A stretch of DNA of 64,000 nt from positions 1,646 through 65,645 of the forward strand of contig JAIYAO010000200.1 of the NCBI GenBank assembly GCA_027488965.1, read 5' to 3'. Both the position numbers and the translations under genes were made by a program. Source of the stretch: Alphaproteobacteria bacterium. Lineage in GTDB: Bacteria > Pseudomonadota > Alphaproteobacteria > Caulobacterales > Aquidulcibacteraceae. Shown here piece after piece: positions 43,477 through 53,758 of this stretch (within the stretch, counting starts at the first letter, position 1; each line of letters begins with the position of its first letter). A model generated the notes under the pieces. That model saw nothing but the letters and a program-made list of their open reading frames with translations. It ran no database searches and was not told the DNA's origin.

Positions 43477-44394
43477 TCAGACCGGGTCGTAGGGAAACAC
43501 CGAAGCCGTCGCGCCCACGTCGGTATAGTTCGCCTTCATCGCCGGCAGGCACTGGTTGATGAGCGTTTCCGGCGTCCAGCCCTCCAGCATGCCCAGCGCG
43601 CGTACGGGGCGGGGCTGGTTGAACAGGAACACCTCGTTGCCGCGCACCGCGAAGATCTGCCCGTTGGTGTCTTTGGCGCCATCGGCGCAGAGTGCGACCG
43701 CGAGTTGCGCCACCTGGTCGGCGCGCATGGCGTTCTTCATCCGCTCCACCCGCTTGGCGGACGCCTCGTCCTTGATCGGGATGGTGGCGATCATCCGCGT
43801 CCACGCGAACGGGGCGATGATGTTGGAGCGCACGTTCTTGGCGGCGCCCTCCATGGCGATGATGCGCGAGAGACCCATGACGCCCAGCTTCGCCGCCGCG
43901 TAGTTCGCCTGCCCGATGTTGCCGATGAGGCCTGAGGTGGACGTGAACAGCACGTAGCTGCCGTCCTGCTGTTCGCGGAAGTGCTCGATCGAGGCGCGCG
44001 TCACGTTGAAGGCGCCGTGCAGGTGCACGTCGATCACGGCCTTCCAGTCGGCGATGGCCATCTTGTGGAACATGCCGTCGCGCAGGATGCCGGCGGGGTT
44101 GATGACGGCGTGGAGCCCGCCGAGCTCCTTCTTGGCCTGCGCGAACATGGCGGCCACGGCGTCGTAGTCGGTGACGCTGTCGGAGTTGAAGATGGCCCGG
44201 CCGCCGGCGGCGATGATTTCCTTCGCCACGGTTTCGGCCGGCCCGGCCGAGCCCTCGTCGCCGCCCGCCACCGAGCCGCCGAGATCGTTCACGAGAACCG
44301 CCGCGCCTTCCTTTGCGGCAAGCAGCGCACACTCGCGCCCGATGCCGTTGCCCCCGCCCGTGACCACCACCACCTTGCCGGAAAGTACGCCCAT
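43477..44394 (-). CDS. SDR family oxidoreductase
   Basis: TGGGNGIGR cofactor motif and catalytic YAAAK. Confidence 0.9.
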   Translation of the reverse strand: MGVLSGKVVVVTGGGNGIGRECALLAAKEGAAVLVNDLGGSVAGGDEGSAGPAETVAKEIIAAGGRAIFNSDSVTDYDAVAAMFAQAKKELGGLHAVINPAGILRDGMFHKMAIADWKAVIDVHLHGAFNVTRASIEHFREQQDGSYVLFTSTSGLIGNIGQANYAAAKLGVMGLSRIIAMEGAAKNVRSNIIAPFAWTRMIATIPIKDEASAKRVERMKNAMRADQVAQLAVALCADGAKDTNGQIFAVRGNEVFLFNQPRPVRALGMLEGWTPETLINQCLPAMKANYTDVGATASVFPYDPV

Positions 44395-44456
44395 GATTTC
44401 CTCCTGAATTTGCGCCGACCCAACATCCCGGCCGCCTGCCGGTCAAGCCGCCCCGC

Positions 44457-44924
44457 CTACAGCGCCTTCGCAAAGAACATCGTGCTCGGGTTGCCCGGCA
44501 CGTTGTGCGGCTCGGAGGGCAGGAAGCCGAAGCTTTCGTAGAGGCGGATCGCGGGGCCCATGCTGGCGTGGGTGTCGAGGCGCATCACGCGGTAGCCGCG
44601 CCCGCGCGCGGCCTCAATGAGCCGCGCCACGAGCGTCTGCCCGAGGCCCAGGCCCCGGAACGCATCGCGGCAGTAGAGCCGTTTCATCTCGCACTCCGTG
44701 TCGGACAGGCGCTTGAGCGCGATGGCGGCGGCGGCGGCGCCCTCCACGCGCGCAAGCAGCAGCAGTTCGTAGCGGTCCGGGAACGTCGCCATCTCGCCGG
44801 CGAAATCCTGGTAGGCCACGTCGATGCCGAGTTCGCGGCCGATCCGGTACACGTACTCGCGGAAGAGATCGGCCACGGCGGCGACGTCGACCGGTGTTGT
44901 GGCTATGGCGATCTCGACCGGCAT
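44457..44924 (-). CDS. GNAT family N-acetyltransferase
   Basis: RGLGLGQTLVARLIEAARGRGY and LYESFGF. ATG immediately follows the MFS stop (TAGATG). Confidence 0.85.
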   Translation of the reverse strand: MPVEIAIATTPVDVAAVADLFREYVYRIGRELGIDVAYQDFAGEMATFPDRYELLLLARVEGAAAAAIALKRLSDTECEMKRLYCRDAFRGLGLGQTLVARLIEAARGRGYRVMRLDTHASMGPAIRLYESFGFLPSEPHNVPGNPSTMFFAKAL

Positions 44925-46280
44925 CTAGCGGGACTCCGGCGCGGTGACGGTCTCGTCGCCCTGCGGCGGCCGGGACGAGGTCGTCCCGGCTGCAGACTCT
45001 CGACTTTGCTCCAGGGCGCGGTCCTCGAACGTGTCGGCGCGCGCCAGCGCCGGGAACAGCCACATCCACAACAGCGCTGCCAGCAACGCAGCCCCGCCGC
45101 CCAGCGCCACGCCCAGCGCCGGCCCGAAGATCGCGCCCATCACGCCCGCCTCGAAATCCCCCAGCTCGTTGGAGGCGGAGATGAAGATGAAGCTCACCGC
45201 CGCCACCCGGCCTAGCATGAAATCGGGCGTGGCCAGCTGGATCAGGCTCTGGCGCACTTGCACGGAGATCATGTCGGCGGCGCCGGCGATCACCAGCGCG
45301 GTGAAGGAAAGCCAGTAGGACGTGGACAGCCCGAACACGATGGTGCACGCGGCGAACACGAACGTGGAGGCGAACATCCACCGACCCACGTGGCGGCGCA
45401 GCGGATAGGCGGCGATGGCGAACGCCGTCACCGCCGCCCCGATGGCGAGCGCGGCGCGCAGCAGGCCATAGCCCGCGTCGTCGGTGTGCAGGATGCGGTC
45501 GGCGAACACGGGGATCAGCGCCTGCGCGCCCGCCAGCAGCACCACCACGAGATCGAGAGAGATGGCGCCGAGCACGATCTTGTTGTCGCGCACGTAGCGC
45601 AGGCCTTCCACGATGAGATCGAGCGTGCGGCGCGTCTCCACGCTCTCGCGCTTCGGCGCGTCCACGCCCATGAGCGCGGCGATGCCGATGCCGATCAGCA
45701 CCGCGGCGGCGATGAACGCCAGCTGCACGCCCGACTGGTGCGCCCCGCCCAGCGCCAGCAGCACGCCGCCGAGTGACGGCCCCATCACGGAGGAGGTGGT
45801 GAACGCCAGGGAGTTGAGCGCGATGGCCTGCGGCAACGCCTCGCGCGGCACCAGCGACGGCAGCAGCGATTGCGCGGCGGCGGGCTGGAACGCGTTTACC
45901 GCGCCGCTCACCATCGCGGCGGCGAAGATCACGTTGATCATCGTCGTCGCCGGCAGCATCGTCGTGGCCGCCGCCAGGCCCACGGCGATGCAGAACTTCA
46001 CCGCATAGCAGATTGCAAGGATCAGCTTGCGGTCGTAGCGGTCCGCCAGCTGCCCGCCCACCAGCGACAGCGCAAACAGCGGCACGAACTGGAACAGGCC
46101 CACGAGGCCCAGGGCGAACACCGCCTCCCGCTCCGACTTGCCGGCCGCGATGGACAGCTGGTGCACATGCCACAGCAGCGCCGTGGTCTGGATCTGCCAG
46201 CCCAGCACATACGTGGCGCGGGTGATCCAGAACCGTGCGAACGCAGGCCGCTGGAACACGGAGAAATCGGGAAGCCGCAT
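44925..46280 (-). CDS. MFS transporter (EntS-like)
   Basis: Start MRLPDFSVFQRPAFARFW. 12-TM profile and LVGGQLADRYDRK loop motif. Confidence 0.85.
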   Translation of the reverse strand: MRLPDFSVFQRPAFARFWITRATYVLGWQIQTTALLWHVHQLSIAAGKSEREAVFALGLVGLFQFVPLFALSLVGGQLADRYDRKLILAICYAVKFCIAVGLAAATTMLPATTMINVIFAAAMVSGAVNAFQPAAAQSLLPSLVPREALPQAIALNSLAFTTSSVMGPSLGGVLLALGGAHQSGVQLAFIAAAVLIGIGIAALMGVDAPKRESVETRRTLDLIVEGLRYVRDNKIVLGAISLDLVVVLLAGAQALIPVFADRILHTDDAGYGLLRAALAIGAAVTAFAIAAYPLRRHVGRWMFASTFVFAACTIVFGLSTSYWLSFTALVIAGAADMISVQVRQSLIQLATPDFMLGRVAAVSFIFISASNELGDFEAGVMGAIFGPALGVALGGGAALLAALLWMWLFPALARADTFEDRALEQSRESAAGTTSSRPPQGDETVTAPESR

Positions 46281-46389
46281 CGGAAGGGCCGACACTGCCG
46301 TCAGCGGCTCGCCCGCACAAGCGGGCAGGCGAGCGGGCTTGAAGTTTCCGCCGCCCGCGTTACCCGTCGCGTCCCCGAAAGGAGCGCCC

Positions 46390-47628
46390 ATGCCCGATAC
46401 GTCCTCCGCCGCACCTCCCGCGCTCGCGGACCGGCGCGCCGTCCTGCTCGGCCTCGCCGCCGCGGGCCTCGCGGGCCCCGCGTGGGGCAAGGCGACGCCG
46501 ACGTGGTCCGGCGTCTCCGGGCTGCTGCAAGGCTATGTGGCGGCGGGCAAGCTCGCCGGCGCCTGCGTCACTGTCCGGCGCGGGCAGGAGGTCTCCGTCT
46601 TGTCGTACGGCGCAGGCGCGCTCGGCGGCGCCGCCGTCAACGAGCGCACGCTGTGGCGCATCTATTCGATGACCAAGCCCGTCACCGGGGTCGCGGCGCT
46701 CGCGCTCATCGAGGATGGCAAGCTGGACATCGACCAGCCGGTTGCCGAAATCCTGCCGGAGTTCGCCAGCCTGAAGGTGCTGGATGGCGATGTCCTGCGT
46801 CCCGCACGCACGCCCATGCGCGTGCGCCATCTGCTTACGCACACCGCGGGGCTCGGGTACGCCATCAACGACGATGCGCTGGGCGCCCGGTATCGCGCCG
46901 CCGGCCTGTACCCGGGGGACCCCACGCCGCGCGAAGGCGCCCCCACGTCGCTGGAAGAGTTCGGCGCCCGCCTCGCGCAGCAGCCGCTCAACGCCGATCC
47001 GGGCGCGAAGTACCAGTACAGCGTCGGGCTCGACCTGCTCGGCCTCGTGATCCAGCGCGCCAGCGGCATGTCGTTCTCGGCCTACCTGCGCCAGAAGCTG
47101 TTCGACCGCATGGCCATGACAGACACGGGGTTTGCGGTGTCCGAATCCCAGCGTGCGCGGCTGGCGATGAACTACTCGATCCGCGACGGCGCCATCGTCC
47201 CGCTCGAGCCGGAAGGCAAGTCGCCGTACCTGTCGCCGCCGGCCTATCCCTCCGGCGGCGGGGGGCTGGTGTCGAGCGCGCGCGACTACGACCGGTTCCT
47301 GTCCATGCTCGCCGCCGATGGCGTGTTCGATGGCCGCCAGGTGGTGTCGCGCGCCACGGCGCGCCGCGCGCGGTCGAACCTGCTGCCGCGCGGCGTATCG
47401 GCCGAAGACGGCATGGAGTTCGGCGCGGGCATGGGTGTGGCGTCCGCGGCCAGCGGCGATGGACTGCCGCCGGGATCGTACTTCTGGGGCGGTGCGGCGG
47501 GCACCTTCATGTGGGGCGATCCCGCACAACGCCTGTCCGTGGTGCTGATGACGCAGTTCATGCCCTCGCGCGGTTACCCGATCTGGGGCGAGCTGGCGCG
47601 CGCGGTCTATGCCGATCTCGCAGCGTGA
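46390..47628 (+). CDS. serine hydrolase (beta-lactamase/PBP4* family), Tat-type signal
   Basis: LADRRAVLLGLAAAGLAGPAWG signal. SxxK in YSMTKP and a later YSVG. Confidence 0.85.
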   Translation: MPDTSSAAPPALADRRAVLLGLAAAGLAGPAWGKATPTWSGVSGLLQGYVAAGKLAGACVTVRRGQEVSVLSYGAGALGGAAVNERTLWRIYSMTKPVTGVAALALIEDGKLDIDQPVAEILPEFASLKVLDGDVLRPARTPMRVRHLLTHTAGLGYAINDDALGARYRAAGLYPGDPTPREGAPTSLEEFGARLAQQPLNADPGAKYQYSVGLDLLGLVIQRASGMSFSAYLRQKLFDRMAMTDTGFAVSESQRARLAMNYSIRDGAIVPLEPEGKSPYLSPPAYPSGGGGLVSSARDYDRFLSMLAADGVFDGRQVVSRATARRARSNLLPRGVSAEDGMEFGAGMGVASAASGDGLPPGSYFWGGAAGTFMWGDPAQRLSVVLMTQFMPSRGYPIWGELARAVYADLAA

Positions 47629-48125
47629 CCATCGCCATCGTCCCCGACGACGCCGCGTACGATGCGGCGCTCGAGGCCGTGCTCACCGACGCCTTCGGCC
47701 CCGGCCGGTTCGCGAAGGTGAGCGAGCGGGTGCGCGAGTTTGGATTGCTGGACCGTACTCTGTCGCGCGTCGCGCTGCAGGGGGCGGCGCCAGTCGGCTG
47801 CTGCCGCATCTACCGCATCGCCGTGGGCGCAACGCCCGCGTTGTTTCTCGGGCCTTTGGCGGTGGCGCCGCACGCGCAGGGCGAGCGGCTCGGCGCCGCG
47901 CTGGTGGAGGCGGCGCTCGCCGCGTGCGATGCGACGGCGACGCACGCGGTGCTTGTAGTGGGACAGCCGCGCATGTTCGCGCCGTTCGGCTTCGTCGAGA
48001 TCCCGGCCGGCCGTGTGACGTTGCCCGGGCCCGTGGAGGCGCGGCGCTTCCAGTGGCGCGCCATCGGCGAAGGCGGGCTGGACGGGCTTGCGGGCGCCGT
48101 CAGCGCGCCTCGCGCCGCCAGCTGA
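47625..48125 (+). CDS. GNAT family N-acetyltransferase (YhbS-like)
   Basis: GTG 47625 overlaps the hydrolase stop (GTGA). LGPLAVAPHAQGERLGAALV and FGFVE. Confidence 0.7.
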   Translation: MTIAIVPDDAAYDAALEAVLTDAFGPGRFAKVSERVREFGLLDRTLSRVALQGAAPVGCCRIYRIAVGATPALFLGPLAVAPHAQGERLGAALVEAALAACDATATHAVLVVGQPRMFAPFGFVEIPAGRVTLPGPVEARRFQWRAIGEGGLDGLAGAVSAPRAAS

Positions 48126-50142
48126 ACATCAGCAGCAGCAATCCCGCCATCGCCCAGGCGATGCCGGGGCCCAGCGGCTCGGCGGCGGACGCGCGCACCG
48201 TGTAGGCGCCGCGTTTCTCCAGCCCGATCCAGCCCGGTCCGCGCGCGCTCGCGCCACGCTCGGTGCGCCGCACCTCCGGCAGCCGGTCGGCGCGTTCGCC
48301 CACGAACAGCGCAGCGCCGCCCGTCTCCTGGCTGACGCGCTTGAGGATCGCGTCGGTGGCGTTGACGTTGGCCGCCTCCTTAGGGTTGAGCGGACCCACC
48401 GCCGCGAAGGCGCGCAGGTTGCCCTGGCGCGCCTCGTAGAGGCCTTGCTCCGTCGCGGGCGCGGTGGCGCGGTAGAGGCCGGGGGCCGCCTCCGTGAACG
48501 GCGCGCGCACGGACTGGCCCTTGGGATCGAGGATCTCCACGCTTTCCGGCGGCGCGCCCAGTGTGGCGCGCTCGGCGGTCACGCCGTCGGGCGTCGCGCG
48601 CAGCGAGAGACGTTCGTCGTCCAGCTCCGGCTCCTGCATCAGCCAGTGCGCCAGGCGGCGCAGCAGCTCCGCGTGCGGGCCGCCGCCGTCGTAGCCGCGC
48701 GACCACAGCCACGCCTGGTCGCTCCACAGCTGCGCCACGCGCCCGCGCCCGGCGCGGCCCAGCACCAGCAGCGGCCGCTCGCCCACGCCCGACAGGATCA
48801 CCTGTCCCGCCGAGGCGCGCGCATCGATCTGCCGGGTCCAGCGGCCCCAGTTGGCGGGATCGGGCAGGCCGCGCGTCACCGGATGGCGCCTGCCCAGCGC
48901 CGTTTCCGCGGGGCGGTACATCTGCTCGACGATCTGGCCGGTGGGCTGCGACGGCAGGATCGCGGCCAGCGGTGTCTGGAACACGCTGTCGAAGCCCGCG
49001 TCCGAAGGCCCCGCCACCACCAGCAACGCGCCGCCCGCCTCCACCCGCTGGGCGATGTTTTCGAAGTACGCCGGCGGCAGGATGGAGCGGCGCTTGTAGC
49101 GGTCGAAGATGATGAGATCGAACTCGGACAGCTTATCCACGAAAAGCTCCCGCGTGGGAAACGCGATGAGCGCAAGCTCCTCCAGCGGCGTGAAGTCCTG
49201 CTTCTCCGGCGGACGCAGAATGGTGAAGTGCACAAGATCGACGCTGGGGTCGCTCTTCAGCAGGTTGCGCCACACGCGCGCGCCCGCATGCGGTTCGCCC
49301 GTCACCAGCAGCACGCGCAGCCGGTCGCGCACGCCCGCCAGCGTGAACGCGGCGCGGTTGTTGGCCAGCGTGATCTCCTGCGGTCCAGCGCCGGCCTCCA
49401 CCACCACCATGTTCGCGCCCCGCTTGGGCGTGACGATCTCGACACGGAAGGGACGGCCCGCGATGGCGGAGGCGCGCCGCACCACCTGGCCGTCGATGGT
49501 CACCGTCACCGGCACGGCGGCGCCGGGTTGCGGGTCCTCGACGCGGGCCTCAATGGAGATGCGGTCGCCCACGATGCCGAAGGCGGGCGCGGCGAGAAGC
49601 TCAAGGCGGCGGTCCCCGCGGTCGGCGTCGCCGACGATGAGGGCGTGCACGGGCCCGAGGCCCCGCAGGCGGCGGAGGTCCTCCGGCACGTCCGACACCT
49701 GCCCGTCGGTGACGAGTATGGCGCCGGCCACACGCTCGCGCGGCGCATCCGCCAGTGCTTCTTCAAGCGCGCCGATGATGGCGGTGCCGTCCGGGCCGCC
49801 GCGCACTTCGCGCACGCGTACCTCAAGGCCCTGTTCGGCGGAGAGTTGCGCGGCAAGTTTCTCGCCCGCGGCGCGCGCGGCGTCGCGACGGCCCGCGAGA
49901 CCAAGGCTCTCGCTCTGGTCGATGATGAGGGCGGCGATGTCGGCGGCGGCCTCGCGCCGTTCGCGCACCAGTGTCGGCTGCGCGATGCCGATGAGAATGA
50001 GCGCCAGTCCCAGCGCGCGCGACACCGGCGCCTTGCCGCCGCGCAGCACGTACCCCAGCCACACGATCGCCACGCCCGCGGCGATGACGATCAGCCACAG
50101 CCAAGGCAGCGCCGGATCGAAGGCGATGCGGCCCGCGGTCAA
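48100..50142 (-). CDS. large membrane protein of the MoxR/BatA-like operon (function unknown)
   Basis: TTG 50142 overlaps the upstream stop (TTGA). Two N-terminal TM helices plus one C-terminal TM helix. Central LRVLLVTGEPHAGARVWRNLLKSDPSVDLVHFTILRP segment. Confidence 0.7.
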   Translation of the reverse strand: MTAGRIAFDPALPWLWLIVIAAGVAIVWLGYVLRGGKAPVSRALGLALILIGIAQPTLVRERREAAADIAALIIDQSESLGLAGRRDAARAAGEKLAAQLSAEQGLEVRVREVRGGPDGTAIIGALEEALADAPRERVAGAILVTDGQVSDVPEDLRRLRGLGPVHALIVGDADRGDRRLELLAAPAFGIVGDRISIEARVEDPQPGAAVPVTVTIDGQVVRRASAIAGRPFRVEIVTPKRGANMVVVEAGAGPQEITLANNRAAFTLAGVRDRLRVLLVTGEPHAGARVWRNLLKSDPSVDLVHFTILRPPEKQDFTPLEELALIAFPTRELFVDKLSEFDLIIFDRYKRRSILPPAYFENIAQRVEAGGALLVVAGPSDAGFDSVFQTPLAAILPSQPTGQIVEQMYRPAETALGRRHPVTRGLPDPANWGRWTRQIDARASAGQVILSGVGERPLLVLGRAGRGRVAQLWSDQAWLWSRGYDGGGPHAELLRRLAHWLMQEPELDDERLSLRATPDGVTAERATLGAPPESVEILDPKGQSVRAPFTEAAPGLYRATAPATEQGLYEARQGNLRAFAAVGPLNPKEAANVNATDAILKRVSQETGGAALFVGERADRLPEVRRTERGASARGPGWIGLEKRGAYTVRASAAEPLGPGIAWAMAGLLLLMFSWRREAR

Positions 50143-52841
50143 CGCGCCCGCTCCGGCTGCTCGCCCATGCGTTCCAGCAACGCGGGCACGTGCACCTGGT
50201 CGGCCTTGTAGTTGCCGGTCAGCGCCACCATCACGAGGTTGATGCCGAAGCGCAGCGCCAGTTCGTGCTGGCGGTCCTCGATGCCGCCCATGGGCCGCCC
50301 GCTGGCGTCGGAGACCCACGCCGTCGCCCAGTCGCCGTCGCCCACCAGCAGCGCGGCCACCCCGTCGCGCGATGCCGCGGCGGCGGCCGTCTCTGCGTAG
50401 ATGCGGGTGTTCTGGTAGCGGCCGGGAAAACTGCGCAGAAGGTAGAACGCGCGCGTCAGCACGTGGTTGGCGCCGATGATTTCCAGCGGCGGCGCATCGA
50501 GGCCCTGCAGCATGATCGCCGCCGGCCCGGGCGCCGCACCGGCGCCGCGCGCGCGGCCGGCGTCGCGGGTGTCGATGAACAGCATGCCGCCGAGGCGCAT
50601 GTAGCGGTCGAGGTTGGCCACCGCCGCATCGGAGAGACGCGTCGGCGTCTCCGGCGCGAACCAGTAGAGGATCGGGTACGGCGAGAGATCGTCGCGCGCG
50701 GGATCGACGCCCATGGTGGGGCCGGGCTCCACGGCGGTGCGGTTGCGCAACTCCTCGGCGAGGGACTCAAGGCCCGCGCGCGCCGTGCGGTCCGCGCGCG
50801 CATCGCCGGTGAAGATGTAGGCCAGGTGCATGTCGGCGGCGGGATCGCGCGCGCGCTGCGCGTGGGCGTCCGGCGCCATCATGAACGCAGCAATCAGCGC
50901 CGCGGCCGCCGCCGGTGCGCGCGACGGCAGGCGCGGTAGGCGTCCGGCCAGCGCGAGCGCCACGAACAGGTCGATGGCCAGCACCAGCAGCGCAAAGCCC
51001 AGGAGGCCCCCGCCCAGCGCGCGCGTGCGCGCGGCGTCGAGGCCCGCGCGGGCGACGCCCGCGGGCAGGGCGAGTTCGCTCAGCGTCTCGTCGGGCCGCG
51101 CGGCGTCGATGGCGGCGGCGGTCCCGCCGGCGCGCGCATAAAGTCCGGGCGGCGTGGCCGGAGATGCGGCGGCGGCGGTGAACGCCGTGGCGGGGATCGG
51201 CTGGGCGTCCACATCGGGCGCGCGCAGGGCGCCGAAGCCGTCGAGCAAGCGCTCCGCCAGGAACGGGCCGCTGGCGTCGCCCTCGCGCGCGCCGTTGGTG
51301 GCGCGGCCCGCAAACGCCAGCGTGCGCTTCAGCATCTCCACGTAGAGTCCCGAGAGCGCGAGGTCGCTCCACTCGGGGCCCGCCGTCACGTGATACAGCA
51401 CCACCAGTCCCTTGCCGCGCGGCGCGGCGGTGACGATGGAGGCGCCGTCCGCTAGTCGCGCCCACACGCGCGCCTCGCGCTCGGATGCGGGCTCCGACAA
51501 CACCTGCCGGCGCACCGCCACATCCGGCGGCGCCGACAGGCCGAAGAACGGGCTGTCGGCGGGAAACGGCTGCAGGCCCTGCGGCTTCTCCCACGCCAGC
51601 GCGCCGCCCAGCGTGCGTGACCCCGGGCGCAGCCGCACGGGCAACGGCTCGTCGGCGTCGTTGGCGAGACGCGGTCCCGCGAACCGCACCAAGAGCCCGC
51701 CCTTGTCGAGCCATGCATCGATGGCGGCGCGCTCCGGCGCGGCGAGACGGCTGGCGTCGGGCAGGATCAGCGCCTGCGCGCCCTGCTCGATCAGTTGGCG
51801 TGCGCCGCCGCGCCGGGCGGTGGCGAACGGCTGGATCGCACGATCCACGTAGTGCATCTCCGACAACAGCGGCTGGCTGTTGGAGCCCTGGTCGATGAGA
51901 CCCACCAGCGCACGCCCCGATCCCGCCGGCATCAACCGCGTGGCGCCGGCGCTGGTTTCGCCCACGATGCGGATGCGCGCGGCGCGCGAGGCGATCTCCG
52001 GGGGCAGGGCGATGCGCGCGGTGATGGTGTCCCCGCCGGTGAAGCGGAACTCCGCGGCGCCCAGCGAACGGCCTTCCAGCGTCTCCGCGGCGATGGCGCC
52101 GGAGCCCGGGCCCCCCGGTGCGCGGCGCACCTGCGCCTCGATGCCGTCTGCGGTGGCGGCGCCGGAGATCAGTGCGCGCGCGGTGCGCGGCGGCGAGCGC
52201 ACCAGCACCGGGCCGCGCAGCTTCAGCGCCTCGGCGAAGGCGCGTGCGCCATCGTCGCCGACGCCGTCGGAAATCCACACGATGCGGGCGAACTGGCCCT
52301 GCGCGAGGTTCAGCCGGTCCAGCGCGGCCTTGCGGTCGGGCCGCCACGGTTTGGGATCGAGGCGGGAAAGTTTCGCGCGTGCATCGGCGGCGGCGTCGAT
52401 GTCGGGTGCGGCGGGGGGCGTGCGCTCGGGCGTGGTGCGCAGAATCGCCACGGGCTGGCCGGCGCGCTCGGCGTCGGCGATGGCGCTTTCGGCGGCGGCC
52501 TTCGCCATCGGCCAGAACGGCGCGCTGGTCCACCCGTCGTCCATGACGATGAGGGTGGGCCCCGATCCCGCCGCCATCGCCGCGGCTTCGGGCGCAAGGC
52601 TCGGGCGTGCAAAGCCAAGGATCGCGAGTGCCGCGGCGAACGCGCGCAACAGCACCAGCCACAGCGGCGCACGCCGGCGCGCCTCTTCCTCGGTGCGGAT
52701 GCCCAGCAGGATGCGCAGCGGCGGAAACACCACGCGCTGCGGCGTGGGCGGCGTCGCGCGCAGCAGAAAGAACAGCGCAGGCAGGGCCAGCAGGGCCAGC
52801 AGCGCCGCGGGCGCCGCAAAGAAGAACGGGCCGAAGGTCAT
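50139..52841 (-). CDS. BatA_N (double-TM aerotolerance N-terminal) / DUF4159-type protein
   Basis: MTFGPFFFAAPAALLALLALPALFFLLR...FPPLRIL signature N-terminus. C-terminal DUF4159-like ...ALLVGDGDWATAW...FGINLVMVALTGNYKADQVH. Confidence 0.75.
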   Translation of the reverse strand: MTFGPFFFAAPAALLALLALPALFFLLRATPPTPQRVVFPPLRILLGIRTEEEARRRAPLWLVLLRAFAAALAILGFARPSLAPEAAAMAAGSGPTLIVMDDGWTSAPFWPMAKAAAESAIADAERAGQPVAILRTTPERTPPAAPDIDAAADARAKLSRLDPKPWRPDRKAALDRLNLAQGQFARIVWISDGVGDDGARAFAEALKLRGPVLVRSPPRTARALISGAATADGIEAQVRRAPGGPGSGAIAAETLEGRSLGAAEFRFTGGDTITARIALPPEIASRAARIRIVGETSAGATRLMPAGSGRALVGLIDQGSNSQPLLSEMHYVDRAIQPFATARRGGARQLIEQGAQALILPDASRLAAPERAAIDAWLDKGGLLVRFAGPRLANDADEPLPVRLRPGSRTLGGALAWEKPQGLQPFPADSPFFGLSAPPDVAVRRQVLSEPASEREARVWARLADGASIVTAAPRGKGLVVLYHVTAGPEWSDLALSGLYVEMLKRTLAFAGRATNGAREGDASGPFLAERLLDGFGALRAPDVDAQPIPATAFTAAAASPATPPGLYARAGGTAAAIDAARPDETLSELALPAGVARAGLDAARTRALGGGLLGFALLVLAIDLFVALALAGRLPRLPSRAPAAAAALIAAFMMAPDAHAQRARDPAADMHLAYIFTGDARADRTARAGLESLAEELRNRTAVEPGPTMGVDPARDDLSPYPILYWFAPETPTRLSDAAVANLDRYMRLGGMLFIDTRDAGRARGAGAAPGPAAIMLQGLDAPPLEIIGANHVLTRAFYLLRSFPGRYQNTRIYAETAAAAASRDGVAALLVGDGDWATAWVSDASGRPMGGIEDRQHELALRFGINLVMVALTGNYKADQVHVPALLERMGEQPERAR

Positions 52842-52845
52842 GCGC

Positions 52846-53685
52846 TCATCGCCGTTCCTCCAGCGCCGCCATGAGCAGGCTCAGCGCGGGGCCGGCGCTG
52901 CGGTCAGTGCGGTGGAGAATGGGCACGAAGCCCGCCGCCTGCGCGGTGGTGCGGATCGCGGCGCGATGGGCCGCCAGCCGGCCGGCGTACTCCGCCTGCG
53001 CGGCTTCGGCGCGCCCGAACAGCGTCTTCATGGCGCCGCCGCCCGGCTCCTCGAACTGTGTGCGGCCGCGGTAGGGGAAATCCTCTTCCGCCGGATCGGC
53101 GATCATCAGCAGCACGCCGGTGGCGGCGACGCCGGCTGCCGCGCGCAGGCGCTCGCGCCACTCCTCCGGCGGCGCGTAGAAATCGCTCGCAAAGATCACC
53201 GCAGACCGCGCCGGCGGCGCCGGCGGGTGGGCTGCGCTATGCAGCGACAGATCGAGCGCCAGCCGCTCCACGGCGCGCGCGCCTGCGCGGGGCGGCATGC
53301 CGAGGGCGCCGATGCGCTCGCCGCCGCGGGAAAACAGGATGCCCGCCGCCAGCGACAGCGCCAGCGCGCGCCGCGCCTTCGTGGGCCACGGACCATCGGA
53401 CTTCCAGTGGAAGCCGGGTGCGGGATCGATCCAGAACAGCGCGCTTTGCGCCGCTTCCTTCTCGCGCTCGCGCACGTAGAGGCGTTCGCCGCGCGCGGAG
53501 CGGCGCCAGTCCACCAGCCGGGCGCCGTCCTCGGGGCGGTGGTCGCGGAACTGCCAGAACGCTTCGCCGGGGCCGGCGCGGCGGCGCCCGTGCACGCCCG
53601 GCGCGGCGGCCGAAAGCCGGCGCGCCTCCAGCAGCACGCCCGGCAGGAATCCGGCGAGGGATTCAGCTTCCGCGCGGGGGGTCAT
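52846..53685 (-). CDS. DUF58 domain-containing protein
   Basis: GEAFWQFRDHRPEDGARLVDWRRSAR.ERLYVRERE is the DUF58 core. 4 nt upstream of the next gene. Confidence 0.85.
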   Translation of the reverse strand: MTPRAEAESLAGFLPGVLLEARRLSAAAPGVHGRRRAGPGEAFWQFRDHRPEDGARLVDWRRSARGERLYVREREKEAAQSALFWIDPAPGFHWKSDGPWPTKARRALALSLAAGILFSRGGERIGALGMPPRAGARAVERLALDLSLHSAAHPPAPPARSAVIFASDFYAPPEEWRERLRAAAGVAATGVLLMIADPAEEDFPYRGRTQFEEPGGGAMKTLFGRAEAAQAEYAGRLAAHRAAIRTTAQAAGFVPILHRTDRSAGPALSLLMAALEERR

Positions 53686-53758
53686 CTTCGTTCCGCCGGC
53701 TTCAGCTGGCGAACGGCGGCGACAAGAGGCCGGCTGAAGCCGGCGGTACGGTCCATCC

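Noticed and set aside
45870-47624. Upstream 585 codons of the 751-aa plus-strand ORF 45870-48125
   Set aside because: It overlaps the MFS gene (antisense) and the serine hydrolase (other frame). Only the last 166 codons, from GTG 47625, have GNAT motifs.
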